From: Candidatus Latescibacterota bacterium
GTDB taxonomy: Bacteria; Latescibacterota; UBA2968
DNA length: 64,000 bases
Direction of reading: 5' to 3'
Assembly: GCA_965198115.1 (NCBI GenBank)
Contig: OZ240241.1
Span: 1,440,001 to 1,504,000, forward strand
Shown: positions 19,698-30,002 of the stretch, piece after piece
Layout: each line of letters opens with the position of its first letter
Numbering within the stretch: position 1 is the first letter of the stretch
Notes under the pieces: generated by a model
What the model was told of the DNA's origin: nothing
Databases searched by the model: none
Seen by the model: only the letters and a program-made list of their open reading frames with translations
Program-made: the position numbers and the translations under genes

Positions 19698-20116
19698 ACC
19701 GCTCGACATTCGGAGTTGGACATTCGATGTTGGACATTTGCTCGGCCCATCAACACTCTGAACTCGGCACTCGGAATTTGTCTTCCGGTTCGAAAAAGTG
19801 GCCCCGGGGCCACAATCTTCACGAACCACGCAATATGTTCTTAACCATCTTATTATAAATAGTTTATAACGAATCTTATCGCGACACCCAGTAGACCCCA
19901 GCACTCAGCACGAAGGCTACCGGCAGCGTCAGCACCCACGACAGCAGGATGCGCATCACCGTCCCCACATCTCCCTCTCCCGTCACTTTCCCAATCGCGA
20001 AAATCGAACCGACCGAGACGTGTGTCGTCGAAACGGGGCATTCCGTGGACGCTCGCCGTCGTCACGAGCAGCCCCGTCACGAGGTTTGCCGTAAAGCCCT
20101 GACCGTGGTTCATCGG

Positions 20117-21504
20117 GGTGAGGTCCCTATCCTAGTTGAAACTTAAAGGGCTCCAAACTTACGTTGTGGGTACGCGTGTGAGAGCGTGTACCCGTAAGAA
20201 AGGAGCCCACGATGGAGAAGCTATTTGCAGGGGATGGCGAAGTCAAGGTTGGGTCAGACGTTATGGATTTGGAGACGCGTTTATCGGTGATCCGGGCGCT
20301 GATTCCGCTGGGTCTGGAGGCCGTTGCCGACGTGCTCCAGCAGGAGGTGGAGCAGCTCGCAGGCGTTCGGTATGCGCGTAAGGGTTCAGAGCAGTCGCAT
20401 CGTCGATGGGGAAGCCAGAAAGGGTCCGTGTATCTGATGGACCAGAAGCTGCCGATGGCCGTTCCCCGTGTGCGCGACGTCGAGTCCGATACGGAGGTTT
20501 CTCTGGCCGCATACCGGGGGATGCAGAGGCCCAGAGCGATGGATGAGAAGCTGCTGCTTCGTGTGCTCAAGGGAATCTCCTGTCGCAACTACAGAGCCTG
20601 TGCAGAGTCGGTACCCGAAGCGTTCGGAATCTCGGCATCCTCCGTCTCGCGACGGTTCATCAAAGCCACCGCAAAGAAGCTGAAGCAGTTCCAGGAACGA
20701 CCGCTCGACGACTACGACTTGGTCGCCCTGTTCATCGACGGAAAGAGCTTTGCCGACGAAGAGATCGTGATCGCTCCGGGCGTCACGACGGACGGCCAGA
20801 AGATCCCCCTGGGCTTCGTCGAATCGGCGACGGAGAACGAACGGATCTGCCGTCAGCTGATCCAGGATCTCATCCGGAGAGGCCTGTGCTACGACCAGGG
20901 CCTTCTCGTTGTGCTGGACGGCTCAAAGGGACTCCGCAGTGCCGTCACCAAAGCCCTCAAAGGGGATGTGTGCGTGCATCGCTGTCAGTGGCACAAGCGC
21001 GAGAACGTCGTCAGCTACCTCCCGGAGGCAGAACGTCCAAGAGTTCGACGGAAACTTCAGAAAGCCTATGACTGCGACACCTACGAGGAGGCAAAGGCCG
21101 CACTCGAATCACTCAAACCCGAACTCAAGCTGATGAATCAGTCTGCCGTGGCAAGCCTCGAGGAAGGACTGGAGGAAACCCTGACCCTCCACCGGCTGGG
21201 GATGCTCCCGTTCTTGAAGCGAAGCTTCCGAACCACCAATTGCATCGAGGCGCTCAACAGCATGACCGGCAACCTGATACGGAAGGTCAACCGCTGGAAC
21301 AACTCTCCTCAGCGACACAGATGGGTCGCGGCCGCACTCCTCGACATCGAACCACGCCTGCGACGCGTGAGCGGATACAAACACCTCCCGCTGCTCAGGC
21401 AAGCACTGAAAAACAACCTGAATCTCGGCGACAATCAAGATGCTCGGCAGAGAGCATGAATACCACGGAGCCCGATGAGTTTCAACTGACTATGGGACTT
21501 GACC
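20117..21504 (+). mobile_element. IS256-family IS
   Basis: IRs GGTGAGGTCCCTATCCTAGTTGAAAC / GTTTCAACTGACTATGGGACTTGACC; 9-bp TSD GTTCATCGG. Confidence 0.93.
20212..21459 (+). CDS. IS256-family transposase
   Basis: FIDGK, LDGSKGL, HRCQWHK, RTTNCIE. Confidence 0.93.
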   Translation: MEKLFAGDGEVKVGSDVMDLETRLSVIRALIPLGLEAVADVLQQEVEQLAGVRYARKGSEQSHRRWGSQKGSVYLMDQKLPMAVPRVRDVESDTEVSLAAYRGMQRPRAMDEKLLLRVLKGISCRNYRACAESVPEAFGISASSVSRRFIKATAKKLKQFQERPLDDYDLVALFIDGKSFADEEIVIAPGVTTDGQKIPLGFVESATENERICRQLIQDLIRRGLCYDQGLLVVLDGSKGLRSAVTKALKGDVCVHRCQWHKRENVVSYLPEAERPRVRRKLQKAYDCDTYEEAKAALESLKPELKLMNQSAVASLEEGLEETLTLHRLGMLPFLKRSFRTTNCIEALNSMTGNLIRKVNRWNNSPQRHRWVAAALLDIEPRLRRVSGYKHLPLLRQALKNNLNLGDNQDARQRA

Positions 21505-22480
21505 GTTCATCGGTGTAATCCGATTACTCACCGTCTCTCCGACATCTCGGCTGTGAACCAACCCCCCGACGGCCATTGCCACCCCGATCGCAACGAGTCC
21601 GATCTCGATGTCCAGAGTGCTCACCACTAGCAGAAGCCCTGCAATTTTCGGTGTATCGTTCAGACCTCGTGCGAAACTGACCAGACCCGCACTTGCGTAA
21701 TGGGCCGTATCCAGAATCTTCTGTGCCTTCAACCCCAGAAGTCCGCCCTGGTAGAACTCCTGACATTCCTCCACGGTCGCCACTTTCATCCTGCTCTGCC
21801 CCTCAGCGCGAAACATCACCGTCCCGTCCGCATTGACTTGTGCAACAGGATAGACCGCCTCGCCCACGCACACGCACGACTCCCGTGTCACGCCGAGCCG
21901 TTGACGTAATGTTCTGAACACAAGGTAAAGAGCGTAGCTGCAGACGGCTGCCATCAAAGGGCTGATGAGGAGCGGAAAGAGGAAGATAGATCCCAACCCA
22001 GTGAAATTGAAGGCACTCCCCATCGCCACCGCCCCGCACCCGGAGAGAGCGCCCACGAGAGCGTGGGTCGTCGAGATCGGCATTCCAATGCGTGTAGCGA
22101 GGAAGACGGTAAGAGCCGCACCCAACCCAACCGACGCCGCAAAAGCCGGCGTCTGGGCCAGTTCCTCCGGAACCAGCCCCTGGCCCGAGAAATTTCGGAG
22201 CAACGCATCGGCCAGGAAAGCGGCCGCTACTGATCCGAGAAGGGTCATTACCGTGGCCCACTGGATTGCCTTTCTAAAATCCGTCGTGCGACTGCCGTAA
22301 AGCGTAGCAATGCCCTTGGCGTTGTCGTTCGCCCCGTTGCTGTAGGCGAGTAAACAGGCTACGGCAATCAGGAGTACCAGAATCACCTATCATCCTCCTC
22401 CCGACGGGTACAAGCCCCATCCTCTGTTCGGCTCTATTGTGGTTACGTCTCTTCGATAACGTCCCGCCAGCGATTTCGCT

Positions 22481-22638
22481 CGTCCCGGAGCTTGTCCTGA
22501 GCGCAGTCGAAGGGCTGTGCACAGGGACGCGTTGGGCTGGTCGGGCAACGAATTCTTCAGCACCCTCAGTGCTTCGAGTTCTTCGCGACCTCGCCTGTCC
22601 TGAGTGATTCGGCCACCAGGTCGAATTGTATCGAAGGG
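22481..22638 (+). repeat. two REP-like CCTGAG..TCGAAGGG elements
   Basis: 22488-22514 minimal form; 22594-22638 with gattcggcc-acca-ggtcgaatt hairpin. Confidence 0.65.
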
Positions 22639-22651
22639 CGTCTTCGTGTTT

Positions 22652-23884
22652 TTAGGTCAGTTCCGGAGGCGGCATAATCAGCCCCTCAGGATTCCGAACG
22701 CCCGTACTCGGATCCTGCTCGCGATAATCGACGCCGGATCGGCTGTTCCAATCCCAGACCACCTCGCCGTTCAACATCGTCAACTCGCACGTCAGACGCT
22801 GGTCGCCGTCGAGGCGACCCTCATACGCGTCACGATAGCCGAACGATCCGCACATCAGGTTCAGGACGGCGACGTCGGCGACGGCACCCACGCTGAGGTG
22901 ACCCAACTCCAGATGGCTGATCTCCTGCGCGGGATTCCACGTGGACGTCAGAATGACATCGTTCAATGACATCCCCATCACCAAAAACTTCGACATCGTC
23001 GTCACCATATCCATCATCCCGTCGTTCATCGAACCCGTATGAAGGTCAGTCGAGATCGAATCCGGGAGAAAACCCTGCGCAACGGCTGGCGCGGCGTTCC
23101 GAAAACTGAAGCTGCCACCCCCGTGTCCCACGTCGAAGATGACGCCACGCTCTCTGGCGACGTAGAAATACTTCATCACTTTCCCGTCTGGCCCGAACCA
23201 GGGGACATCCGGCCGATACATGTGCGTCGAGATGTCACCCTTCTGTAGCCGCTCGGTCACAAGCTCATAGTAGGGACGCTCCCGCGGAAAGAATCCGAAG
23301 TCGATCATCACAGGTAGCGAGAGTTGCCGGGCAGCGGCGATCGCACGATCCACTGACACCCACTCCGTCCCTCGAAAATGTGCCGTCTTCGTTCCGACGA
23401 CGATGTCCTCGTGCTCGCGCCCGACCGACACCATCCGTTCGACATCCATATCCTCCACATTCTGCTCGAGATCGTTCGACACCATCCCCATCCCGGCCAC
23501 GTTGATCAGGGCATACATTCTCGTCTTGAACCGATCGAGCACGCGATACCTGAAATTGTCGAAGTTCCGCCATCCTGCGCTGCCAGTATCGACCATCGCC
23601 GTCACACCCGTACGGAAGCTGAAACCATCCGGCAGAATGCTATTGTCCCCGGCCCACGCGCTTCTGTGACCGGGCGTCGCATACATATGCGCGTGAATGT
23701 CCACGAGTCCCGGTACGACATACATCCCGGTCACGTCGATCACCTGCCTGGCTTGCGCGGCCGGAATGTCGCGATCGACCGACGCCACCTTGCCCTCCCG
23801 GATCGCCACATCCATCAGTTCGTCGACCCCGTTCTTCGGATCGATTACGTGACCGCCCTTCAACAACACATCAATGTTCATCAT
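22652..23884 (-). CDS. amidohydrolase/deacetylase family metallohydrolase (dihydroorotase-like)
   Basis: PGLVDIHAH, DVGHGGGSF, ISTDLH. Confidence 0.9.
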   Translation of the reverse strand: MMNIDVLLKGGHVIDPKNGVDELMDVAIREGKVASVDRDIPAAQARQVIDVTGMYVVPGLVDIHAHMYATPGHRSAWAGDNSILPDGFSFRTGVTAMVDTGSAGWRNFDNFRYRVLDRFKTRMYALINVAGMGMVSNDLEQNVEDMDVERMVSVGREHEDIVVGTKTAHFRGTEWVSVDRAIAAARQLSLPVMIDFGFFPRERPYYELVTERLQKGDISTHMYRPDVPWFGPDGKVMKYFYVARERGVIFDVGHGGGSFSFRNAAPAVAQGFLPDSISTDLHTGSMNDGMMDMVTTMSKFLVMGMSLNDVILTSTWNPAQEISHLELGHLSVGAVADVAVLNLMCGSFGYRDAYEGRLDGDQRLTCELTMLNGEVVWDWNSRSGVDYREQDPSTGVRNPEGLIMPPPELT

Positions 23885-23982
23885 CCCTCTCCTGATCTTT
23901 CGCGCCAGTCAATCCACGCAGACATCGTCTCTCTTGAATATCAGATCTCCTCAGATATCGCTCCAGATTTCATCTTCCAGCC

Positions 23983-24026
23983 CTCAGTGCTCTCAGTGTT
24001 CTCAGTGCTCTCAGTGTTCTCAGTGG
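23983..24026 (+). repeat. 9-bp tandem repeat (CTCAGTGYT)x5
   Basis: ctcagtgct ctcagtgtt ctcagtgct ctcagtgtt ctcagtgg. Confidence 0.9.
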
Positions 24027-24186
24027 CGCTTTCCGGTCGCAAGATACGTCACGGTCGCGATCGTTTCCATCCTGCCCGTCCTGGCGAGAGCCGAAGGGTC
24101 AAGAGCACTTTCCTCCGCCCATTCTTATGTCGATATTCCAGTGTCACTGGAAATTCTCACTGACCGCATTCAGGAGCACATTGTCG

Positions 24187-25059
24187 ATGGCACGGGCGCG
24201 AGAAAGAATAAAAAAGCTGGAGGTGATGGTCTCCGAGGTCAAATGGGAAGCCCCGGACACGGTCACTCTCGTTCTCTTTACCGGGAACGACAAACTCACT
24301 TACGAGCCTGGCAACTTCCTCACGATCTCACCGCATCAGTTTCCTGCGCTCGAACGATGGGTAGAATACCTTCAGGACATCAAAGGTAAAAGGGAACCCC
24401 CTCGGGCTTACTCGTTGGCCAGCTCTCCCGAAGAAAAATACATCGCCATCACAATTAAGGAGGAACGTTACACCTCCGGGACAACTCCATATCCGCCCTT
24501 GCTCTCGCCGATTCTTGCCTTACGCACACCACCGGGCACGAAAATGGTCGTCACGGGATTCACCGGTCCTTACAACCTGACCGACGAAATCCGAAAACAG
24601 AATGAGCAGATCGTCCACATCTGCGCCGGAAGCGGTATCGTTCCCAGCTTCAGCATCATCAAGCACGATTTACGCGTCAACGAGGGTACGAATCACACGC
24701 TTGTCTACTCGAACAAAAAACGGGAAGATATCATCTTCCACGATGACTTCGCAGAGCTCGAGCGCGAATTTCCGAACCGGTTCAACGTCGTTCACACCCT
24801 CACACGTGAAGGTGACGCATTCGACTACAGCGATCAGATCCGCCAGGGTCGGATTTCACAAGCCCTTCTGACCGAGGCGATTCCCAACCCCGACGGCACA
24901 GCCATCTTTGTCTGCGGTCCCGATCATCTTCCCTGGCAGAAGAGAGCGGCGCGGGAAAAGGGCGAGGAACTCCCACCATCTTTCCTTCAGAGTACCCTCG
25001 GCTTCGTGGACAAACTCGGCATCCCGAAAGAGAGGATCACGAAGGAGAGTTACGGTTAA
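24187..25059 (+). CDS. FAD/NAD(P)-binding oxidoreductase (ferredoxin reductase-like)
   Basis: RAYSLAS, CAGSGIVP, FVCGP, ESYG C-terminus. Confidence 0.88.
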   Translation: MARARERIKKLEVMVSEVKWEAPDTVTLVLFTGNDKLTYEPGNFLTISPHQFPALERWVEYLQDIKGKREPPRAYSLASSPEEKYIAITIKEERYTSGTTPYPPLLSPILALRTPPGTKMVVTGFTGPYNLTDEIRKQNEQIVHICAGSGIVPSFSIIKHDLRVNEGTNHTLVYSNKKREDIIFHDDFAELEREFPNRFNVVHTLTREGDAFDYSDQIRQGRISQALLTEAIPNPDGTAIFVCGPDHLPWQKRAAREKGEELPPSFLQSTLGFVDKLGIPKERITKESYG

Positions 25060-25086
25060 CGAGATAAATCAACAGACTCGAGCACG

Positions 25087-25124
25087 AAAAGGGCTACGTC
25101 ACCACGACGTAGCCCTTTGTCTTT
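25087..25124. terminator. intrinsic terminator between convergent genes
   Basis: aaagggctacgtc-accac-gacgtagcccttt. Confidence 0.7.
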
Positions 25125-25233
25125 CGCATCTATATTGTGGTCCATCCTGGCCGAAGCCCGTCTGCCCGCAGCCGCATCAGCGGCGAGAGTGGGTCTGTAA
25201 TCCGTTTGCTGTCTCCTGTCTACCGTTCACACG

Positions 25234-25258
25234 TTCGCGGCCGGGAGGCCGCTCCCAC
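25234..25258 (-). repeat. GTGG-type REP-like palindrome
   Basis: Minus strand GTGGGAGCGGCCTCCCGGCCGCGAA. Confidence 0.55.
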
Positions 25259-25312
25259 CGCAAACGTCTTTGTGTCACCCGCTCTCCTGTTCGGCCCATC
25301 GCTCCACGCGCT

Positions 25313-26953
25313 TCACCACCCCAATGCCACGCCCTTCGATCTCGGATCGCACCCCCCAAAGAGCGTCCCGCTCTCATCCCGCGCAATGACCTGAAGCGCG
25401 CCTCCGCCTCCCCACTCTTCCATCGAATCCACGCGATGTCCTCGACGCTCGAGTTCCGCGATGACATCTGGGTCGAACCGATCTTCGTAACGGAACTGCA
25501 CAGGCGCATCGATCCCCGAGGGGTCCGTCCCCGGCCAGCTCACCCATCGTGGCGCTTCCACCGCCTGCTGAACATCCATCCCGTGATCGAGCAAATTGGA
25601 AATGACCTGGGCGTCCCACTGAGCCTGCCGATCTCCACCAGGCGTACCGACCGCCGCGTAGGGATGCCCGTCACGGCACAGCAGATAACAGTTCAGTGTG
25701 TGCATTGTCTTTTTCCCGCCCTCGATCACGTTGGGATGACCCTCGTCCAGCGTGAAGCCACGCCCCGCCCGATTGTTCAACATCACACCCGTCTCACCCG
25801 CGACCACGCAGCAACCGAAGGCGGCGGACAGACTGTGGATGAACGAGATCACATTACCCTCACCGTCGGCTACGGCGAAGTAGCTCGTGTTCCCGCCCCG
25901 TTCGGGTAGTCCGCCGGCCAACGGCTCGTTGTTGGCTCTCTCCGGATCGACGGACTCGCGACGCTTTTCAGCGTATTCCTTCGACAGCAACTCATCCAGC
26001 GGGTTGTCGATAAATCGCGGATCGCCGCAATAGGCCAGCCGATCGGCAAACGCCAGCTTCTTCGTCTCCACCATCGCGTGAAGCGCATCTGCAGACCCGA
26101 ATCCCATCGACGCCAGATCGTAGCCCTCCATCAGGTTCAGCCACTCCAGCACGATGATGCCTTGCGAAGGTGGCGCCGTCGTGTAGACATCCACATCGCG
26201 ATACGTCGTATGCAACGAGTCGTAAACGTCAGTCTTGTGTTCAGCAAACTCCTCCGCCCCGAACAGACCGTCGCCTTTGGACGCACGCACCATCTCGGCC
26301 GCGATTTCCCCACGGTAGAAAACATCTGGACCCTGCTCCGCGTAGATTCGAATCGTCCGCGCCAGATCGGGCAATACCCATCGGTCACCCGGGCTGGGGG
26401 CGCCGCCTCCCGGCAAATAGGTCTTCGCAGAATCCGCGTATTTGGCCAATGTCGACGAGGCGCCGGAGATGAACCGGTTCGTGCCGTGCGAGACGATGAT
26501 CCCGTCTTCGGCATAAGATGCAGCCGGCGCGAGCAGCTCACTCAGGGGCATCGTCCCGAAGGACTCGTTGAGCGCGGCATATGCTCCGGGTGCGCCGGGT
26601 ACAGCCGCCGCGTGCCACCCATCACCCGGCATTTCAGTCAGCCCCTGATCGACGTAGTACGCTCGACTCGCCGCGTGTGCCGCGACCCCACTGCCGTTGA
26701 TCGCCACCACTCGATCGCTCTTCGCATCGTAAAACACCGTAAAGACGTCCCCACCCAGGCCACACTGCGCTGGCAGATCGATCCATTCCACCCCCGCCAC
26801 CGCGATCGCCGCATCGAACGCATTGCCACCGCGCTGAAGCACGCCCACACCCGCCGCAGCCGCCAGCGTCGAAGACGACGCCACCATCCCCTTGCTCGCG
26901 AAGCGTACACCCGGACTCGAAGTCACACCCATCGTCATTTTCAACTCGGCCAT
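25313..26953 (-). CDS. ggt: gamma-glutamyltransferase family protein
   Basis: GGNAFDAAIA, autoprocessing N|TSYF, LNNRA, GTPGG, DPRS. Confidence 0.92.
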   Translation of the reverse strand: MAELKMTMGVTSSPGVRFASKGMVASSSTLAAAAGVGVLQRGGNAFDAAIAVAGVEWIDLPAQCGLGGDVFTVFYDAKSDRVVAINGSGVAAHAASRAYYVDQGLTEMPGDGWHAAAVPGAPGAYAALNESFGTMPLSELLAPAASYAEDGIIVSHGTNRFISGASSTLAKYADSAKTYLPGGGAPSPGDRWVLPDLARTIRIYAEQGPDVFYRGEIAAEMVRASKGDGLFGAEEFAEHKTDVYDSLHTTYRDVDVYTTAPPSQGIIVLEWLNLMEGYDLASMGFGSADALHAMVETKKLAFADRLAYCGDPRFIDNPLDELLSKEYAEKRRESVDPERANNEPLAGGLPERGGNTSYFAVADGEGNVISFIHSLSAAFGCCVVAGETGVMLNNRAGRGFTLDEGHPNVIEGGKKTMHTLNCYLLCRDGHPYAAVGTPGGDRQAQWDAQVISNLLDHGMDVQQAVEAPRWVSWPGTDPSGIDAPVQFRYEDRFDPDVIAELERRGHRVDSMEEWGGGGALQVIARDESGTLFGGCDPRSKGVALGW

Positions 26954-27158
26954 CGTATCCCCGCCAGTTCAGTATTCTTATAGCTACAATCGGATCCCGG
27001 ACATCATTCGGCCGTAGATGAGAGACCGCACTGAAGCCTGCGGCTACCCTATGGGCGACCCCACTGTCTCTCCCCCTCCCCCCGTCTCCCCTCCCCCGCT
27101 CGCCACAGGTGTACTCCCCAAACTCTTTGGTTTCTCGATGCAGCGGTCCACCCAGCAG

Positions 27159-28526
27159 CTAGAACAGGGAATCCGCGGTTGTCAGCGGACACCACCGCGA
27201 CACGTGCAGCCAATCGATCACGATCTCAAGTGCCTCGGGCGTCCGGATCCGCTCCAGCGCCTTCGCGGCCAATCCTCGGACATACCGATTGTCATTCGAC
27301 AGAGCTCTTTTTAGATCCTGAATCAGATCGCTGGAGGGTGCATCCAGTTTCCCCGCCAGTCGCGCTACCGAAGCCGCGCCCGCCCTTCGTACGCGATCTT
27401 CGGGATCATCGAACAACGCCGCCAAAGCCGGAACCGTTTCATCCACATCCGGCCCCTGGCAGTTGCCCAACGCCTCCGCTGCTCGTCGACGGATTGCCGG
27501 ATCATCGTTTCCGAGTGCGTGACGTAGCGCGTCTTCAGCCTTCGCCGCCTCTGTCCCCATCTCACTCAACGCGTGAGCAGTAAAGCTAAGGATGTCTTCG
27601 TTCGGGTCAGCCAGCAGTGGGATCAATCGATCGACTGCCGGCGCGCCGATCGCTGCCAGGCCATACACGGCGCTTTGCGCAGCCTCGGGCGACGCCCCCG
27701 TCATCGCCGCCATCAGATCATCCACGATGGTGTCTCCGTCCTGTGACTCAGCCAGCGCGGCAAGGCCATAAGCCGCCTCGTAACGCACCGCCTCGGACAA
27801 GTCGTTGAGCCTCGCCAGGAGATCTGCGCGATCGAATCCCGATTCGTTGGATGCTGCGCCCCCCTGATGCCAACGCCAAATCGCCTTATGTATCTGACTG
27901 TCTGTATCCCATTCTCGATCGGCGAAATCCCAGGAGGGTGACTCGGGCTCCTCCGTCCGCGTAAACTGGAATTTCATCATATACCGGGCTCGATCTTCCT
28001 TGTTGGCCGTCGCCAGATGCCAGATCTCATAGTGCGCAATGATGACGAAGCCAGTGTCAGACGCCAGTGGAAGAACCGGAATATGTTCCGGCCTCTCGCT
28101 GAAGTAGTGACTTCCAGGTAGAACGCCCGTCGGTCCGTGGGTCTCCGGCGTATCCTGAGGATAATAGAAGCCGAAGGCGCGACGCACTCGATGGTCGCCC
28201 CGCCGCGCCCCGTCTTTGTGAACCTTCTGTGGCTCACTCTGGGGCTTGTTGACGTGAGGGTGACGATGATCTTCCATCTGATAGTCCGGCCCCAGGATGC
28301 TATGGAAAGCACCTGCGACGGTACCGTGCTCATAAACCTGTGCGAGATCCGGGATACGGGGGAGCAGATTGTTGCCCGGATTCGGCTCGCGGTCGAGCAG
28401 ATCATCCATTTGCGTCCGGATCGACTGATGAAACGCCTGAGGCACATCGATCGGAATGATGAGGTACCCATCCCGTATGAATTGTTGCATCTGCTCGTCC
28501 GTCAGTAACTGCCCTCGATCGATCAT
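27159..28526 (-). CDS. phytanoyl-CoA dioxygenase (PhyH)-like domain fused to HEAT repeats
   Basis: FIRDGYL, HKD, GPTGVLPGSH, IWH; C-terminal IRRRAAEALG-type repeats. Confidence 0.85.
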   Translation of the reverse strand: MIDRGQLLTDEQMQQFIRDGYLIIPIDVPQAFHQSIRTQMDDLLDREPNPGNNLLPRIPDLAQVYEHGTVAGAFHSILGPDYQMEDHRHPHVNKPQSEPQKVHKDGARRGDHRVRRAFGFYYPQDTPETHGPTGVLPGSHYFSERPEHIPVLPLASDTGFVIIAHYEIWHLATANKEDRARYMMKFQFTRTEEPESPSWDFADREWDTDSQIHKAIWRWHQGGAASNESGFDRADLLARLNDLSEAVRYEAAYGLAALAESQDGDTIVDDLMAAMTGASPEAAQSAVYGLAAIGAPAVDRLIPLLADPNEDILSFTAHALSEMGTEAAKAEDALRHALGNDDPAIRRRAAEALGNCQGPDVDETVPALAALFDDPEDRVRRAGAASVARLAGKLDAPSSDLIQDLKRALSNDNRYVRGLAAKALERIRTPEALEIVIDWLHVSRWCPLTTADSLF

Positions 28527-28624
28527 CGTCTCTCTCCAGTTTTCCCGAGCTGCTTTGCTTCCCGAGTTTTCAAGATCGCAGCCGCTTTCTCCCGACAAGG
28601 GCAGAGTGGCGAACGCCGTCCTAA

Positions 28625-29886
28625 GTGCATGGTTTCATAAACATTATTACGTATGTCTTGAACATTATTTGTAGCTTATGTTCTCCTTCAAAAGGAGGAG
28701 AACAATGCCAAGACGTTCGCCTTATGTGGTGCTACTGTCTGAGAAGGAACGGGTCGACCTCGAGCGAATGGCTGGACAATATACGTTACCGTATTATCAA
28801 GTGATCCGATCGAAAATCGTGCTTCTCGCCGCCGAGGGATTATCCAACAAGATTATCGCCCAACGGTTGGATGTCCCGCGTCCGATCGTAAGCAAATGGC
28901 GTAAGCGCTTTTTCGAAGAGCGTCTTTCGGGACTCGAAGATAGATCTCGTCCCGGGCGCCCGCCCGGTTTTCCCCCCTCAGGTGGTCGTTCAGATCAAGG
29001 CGCTGGCGTGTGAACTACCGAGCGAGAGCGGGATACCGCTCTCGCGGTTCAGCTGTTCCGAGATTGCCGCCGAGGCAGTGCAAAGGGGCTTCGTTGCCAA
29101 GATCAGCGGCGCCACTGTCTGGCGCTGGTTGAACGAGGACGCGATTCGTCCTTGGTATCATCGCTCCTGGATTTTCCCACGGGACCCGGACTTCCAAACC
29201 AAAGCAGGTAGAGTCCTTGATCTGTATCACCGCCAATGGCAAGGAAAGCCTTTAGGGCCGAGGGAATATGTATTTTCTGCCGACGAAAAGACCAGTATTC
29301 AAGCACGAGCTCGCAAGCACGTTACCCTACCGCCAGCCTCGAACAGAGCGGCACGCGTTGAAACACGAATACGAGCGGAAAGGAGCCCTGGCCTATCTGG
29401 CTGCTCTCGACGTGCACAATGGTCGAATCTTCGGTCTCTGTGAGTCTTCTTCGGGTATCGAGCCCTTCAACCGGCTCCTGAGCCTGATCATGAGCCGGAA
29501 ACCCTATTGCTCGGCAAAGAAAGTCTACCTCATCGTGGATAATGGCTCCTCGCACCGAGGGCAAACATGCATCGACCGTATCCAGGGGAAGTGGCCAAAC
29601 ATCCACCCCGTTCACCTTCCGATCCACGCAAGCTGGCTCAATCAGATCGAGATCTACTTCTCGATCCTCAAACGCAAGGCTCTGACACCTATCGAATTTG
29701 CATCGCTCGAAGAGCTTGAGGCAAGAATCCTCGGTTTTCAGGAACGCTACGGACGTATCGCCACACCCTTCAAATGGAAGTTCACACGAACAGATCTCGC
29801 GGAGATGATCGACAAACTCAGGTTCTACGATACGCCCTTGGCAAAGTCTGCTTAGAATACGTCACCGTATTTGCGAACAGGAGTAA
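28625..29886 (+). mobile_element. IS630-family IS, copy 1 (transposase split over three frames)
   Basis: 1262 bp; HTH orf, DEKT, HEYER, VDNGSSH, ASWLNQIE; near-identical to 57646-58907. Confidence 0.92.
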
Positions 29887-30002
29887 TAAGTGTCTTCTGT
29901 CCTCTGTCATCCGTCCTCTACCAAAGGGGCGAAGCCGTCTTTTGGAGCCTGCCCCGAGCAAGCGAGGGGTCCACAGCCCACCACCGACCGCCCACGTCTT
30001 TC

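Larger units (their letters stand above)
19876..22386 (-). pseudogene. pit: PiT-family inorganic phosphate transporter interrupted by IS256
   Basis: GANDNA, PISTTH, GLNDTPK before the IS; NHGQGFTAN...MPVSTTH...WVLTLP after it (extra frameshift near 20035). Confidence 0.9.

Noticed and set aside
23983-24026. Possible CRISPR array
   Set aside because: 9-bp units with no unique spacers; no cas genes in the window
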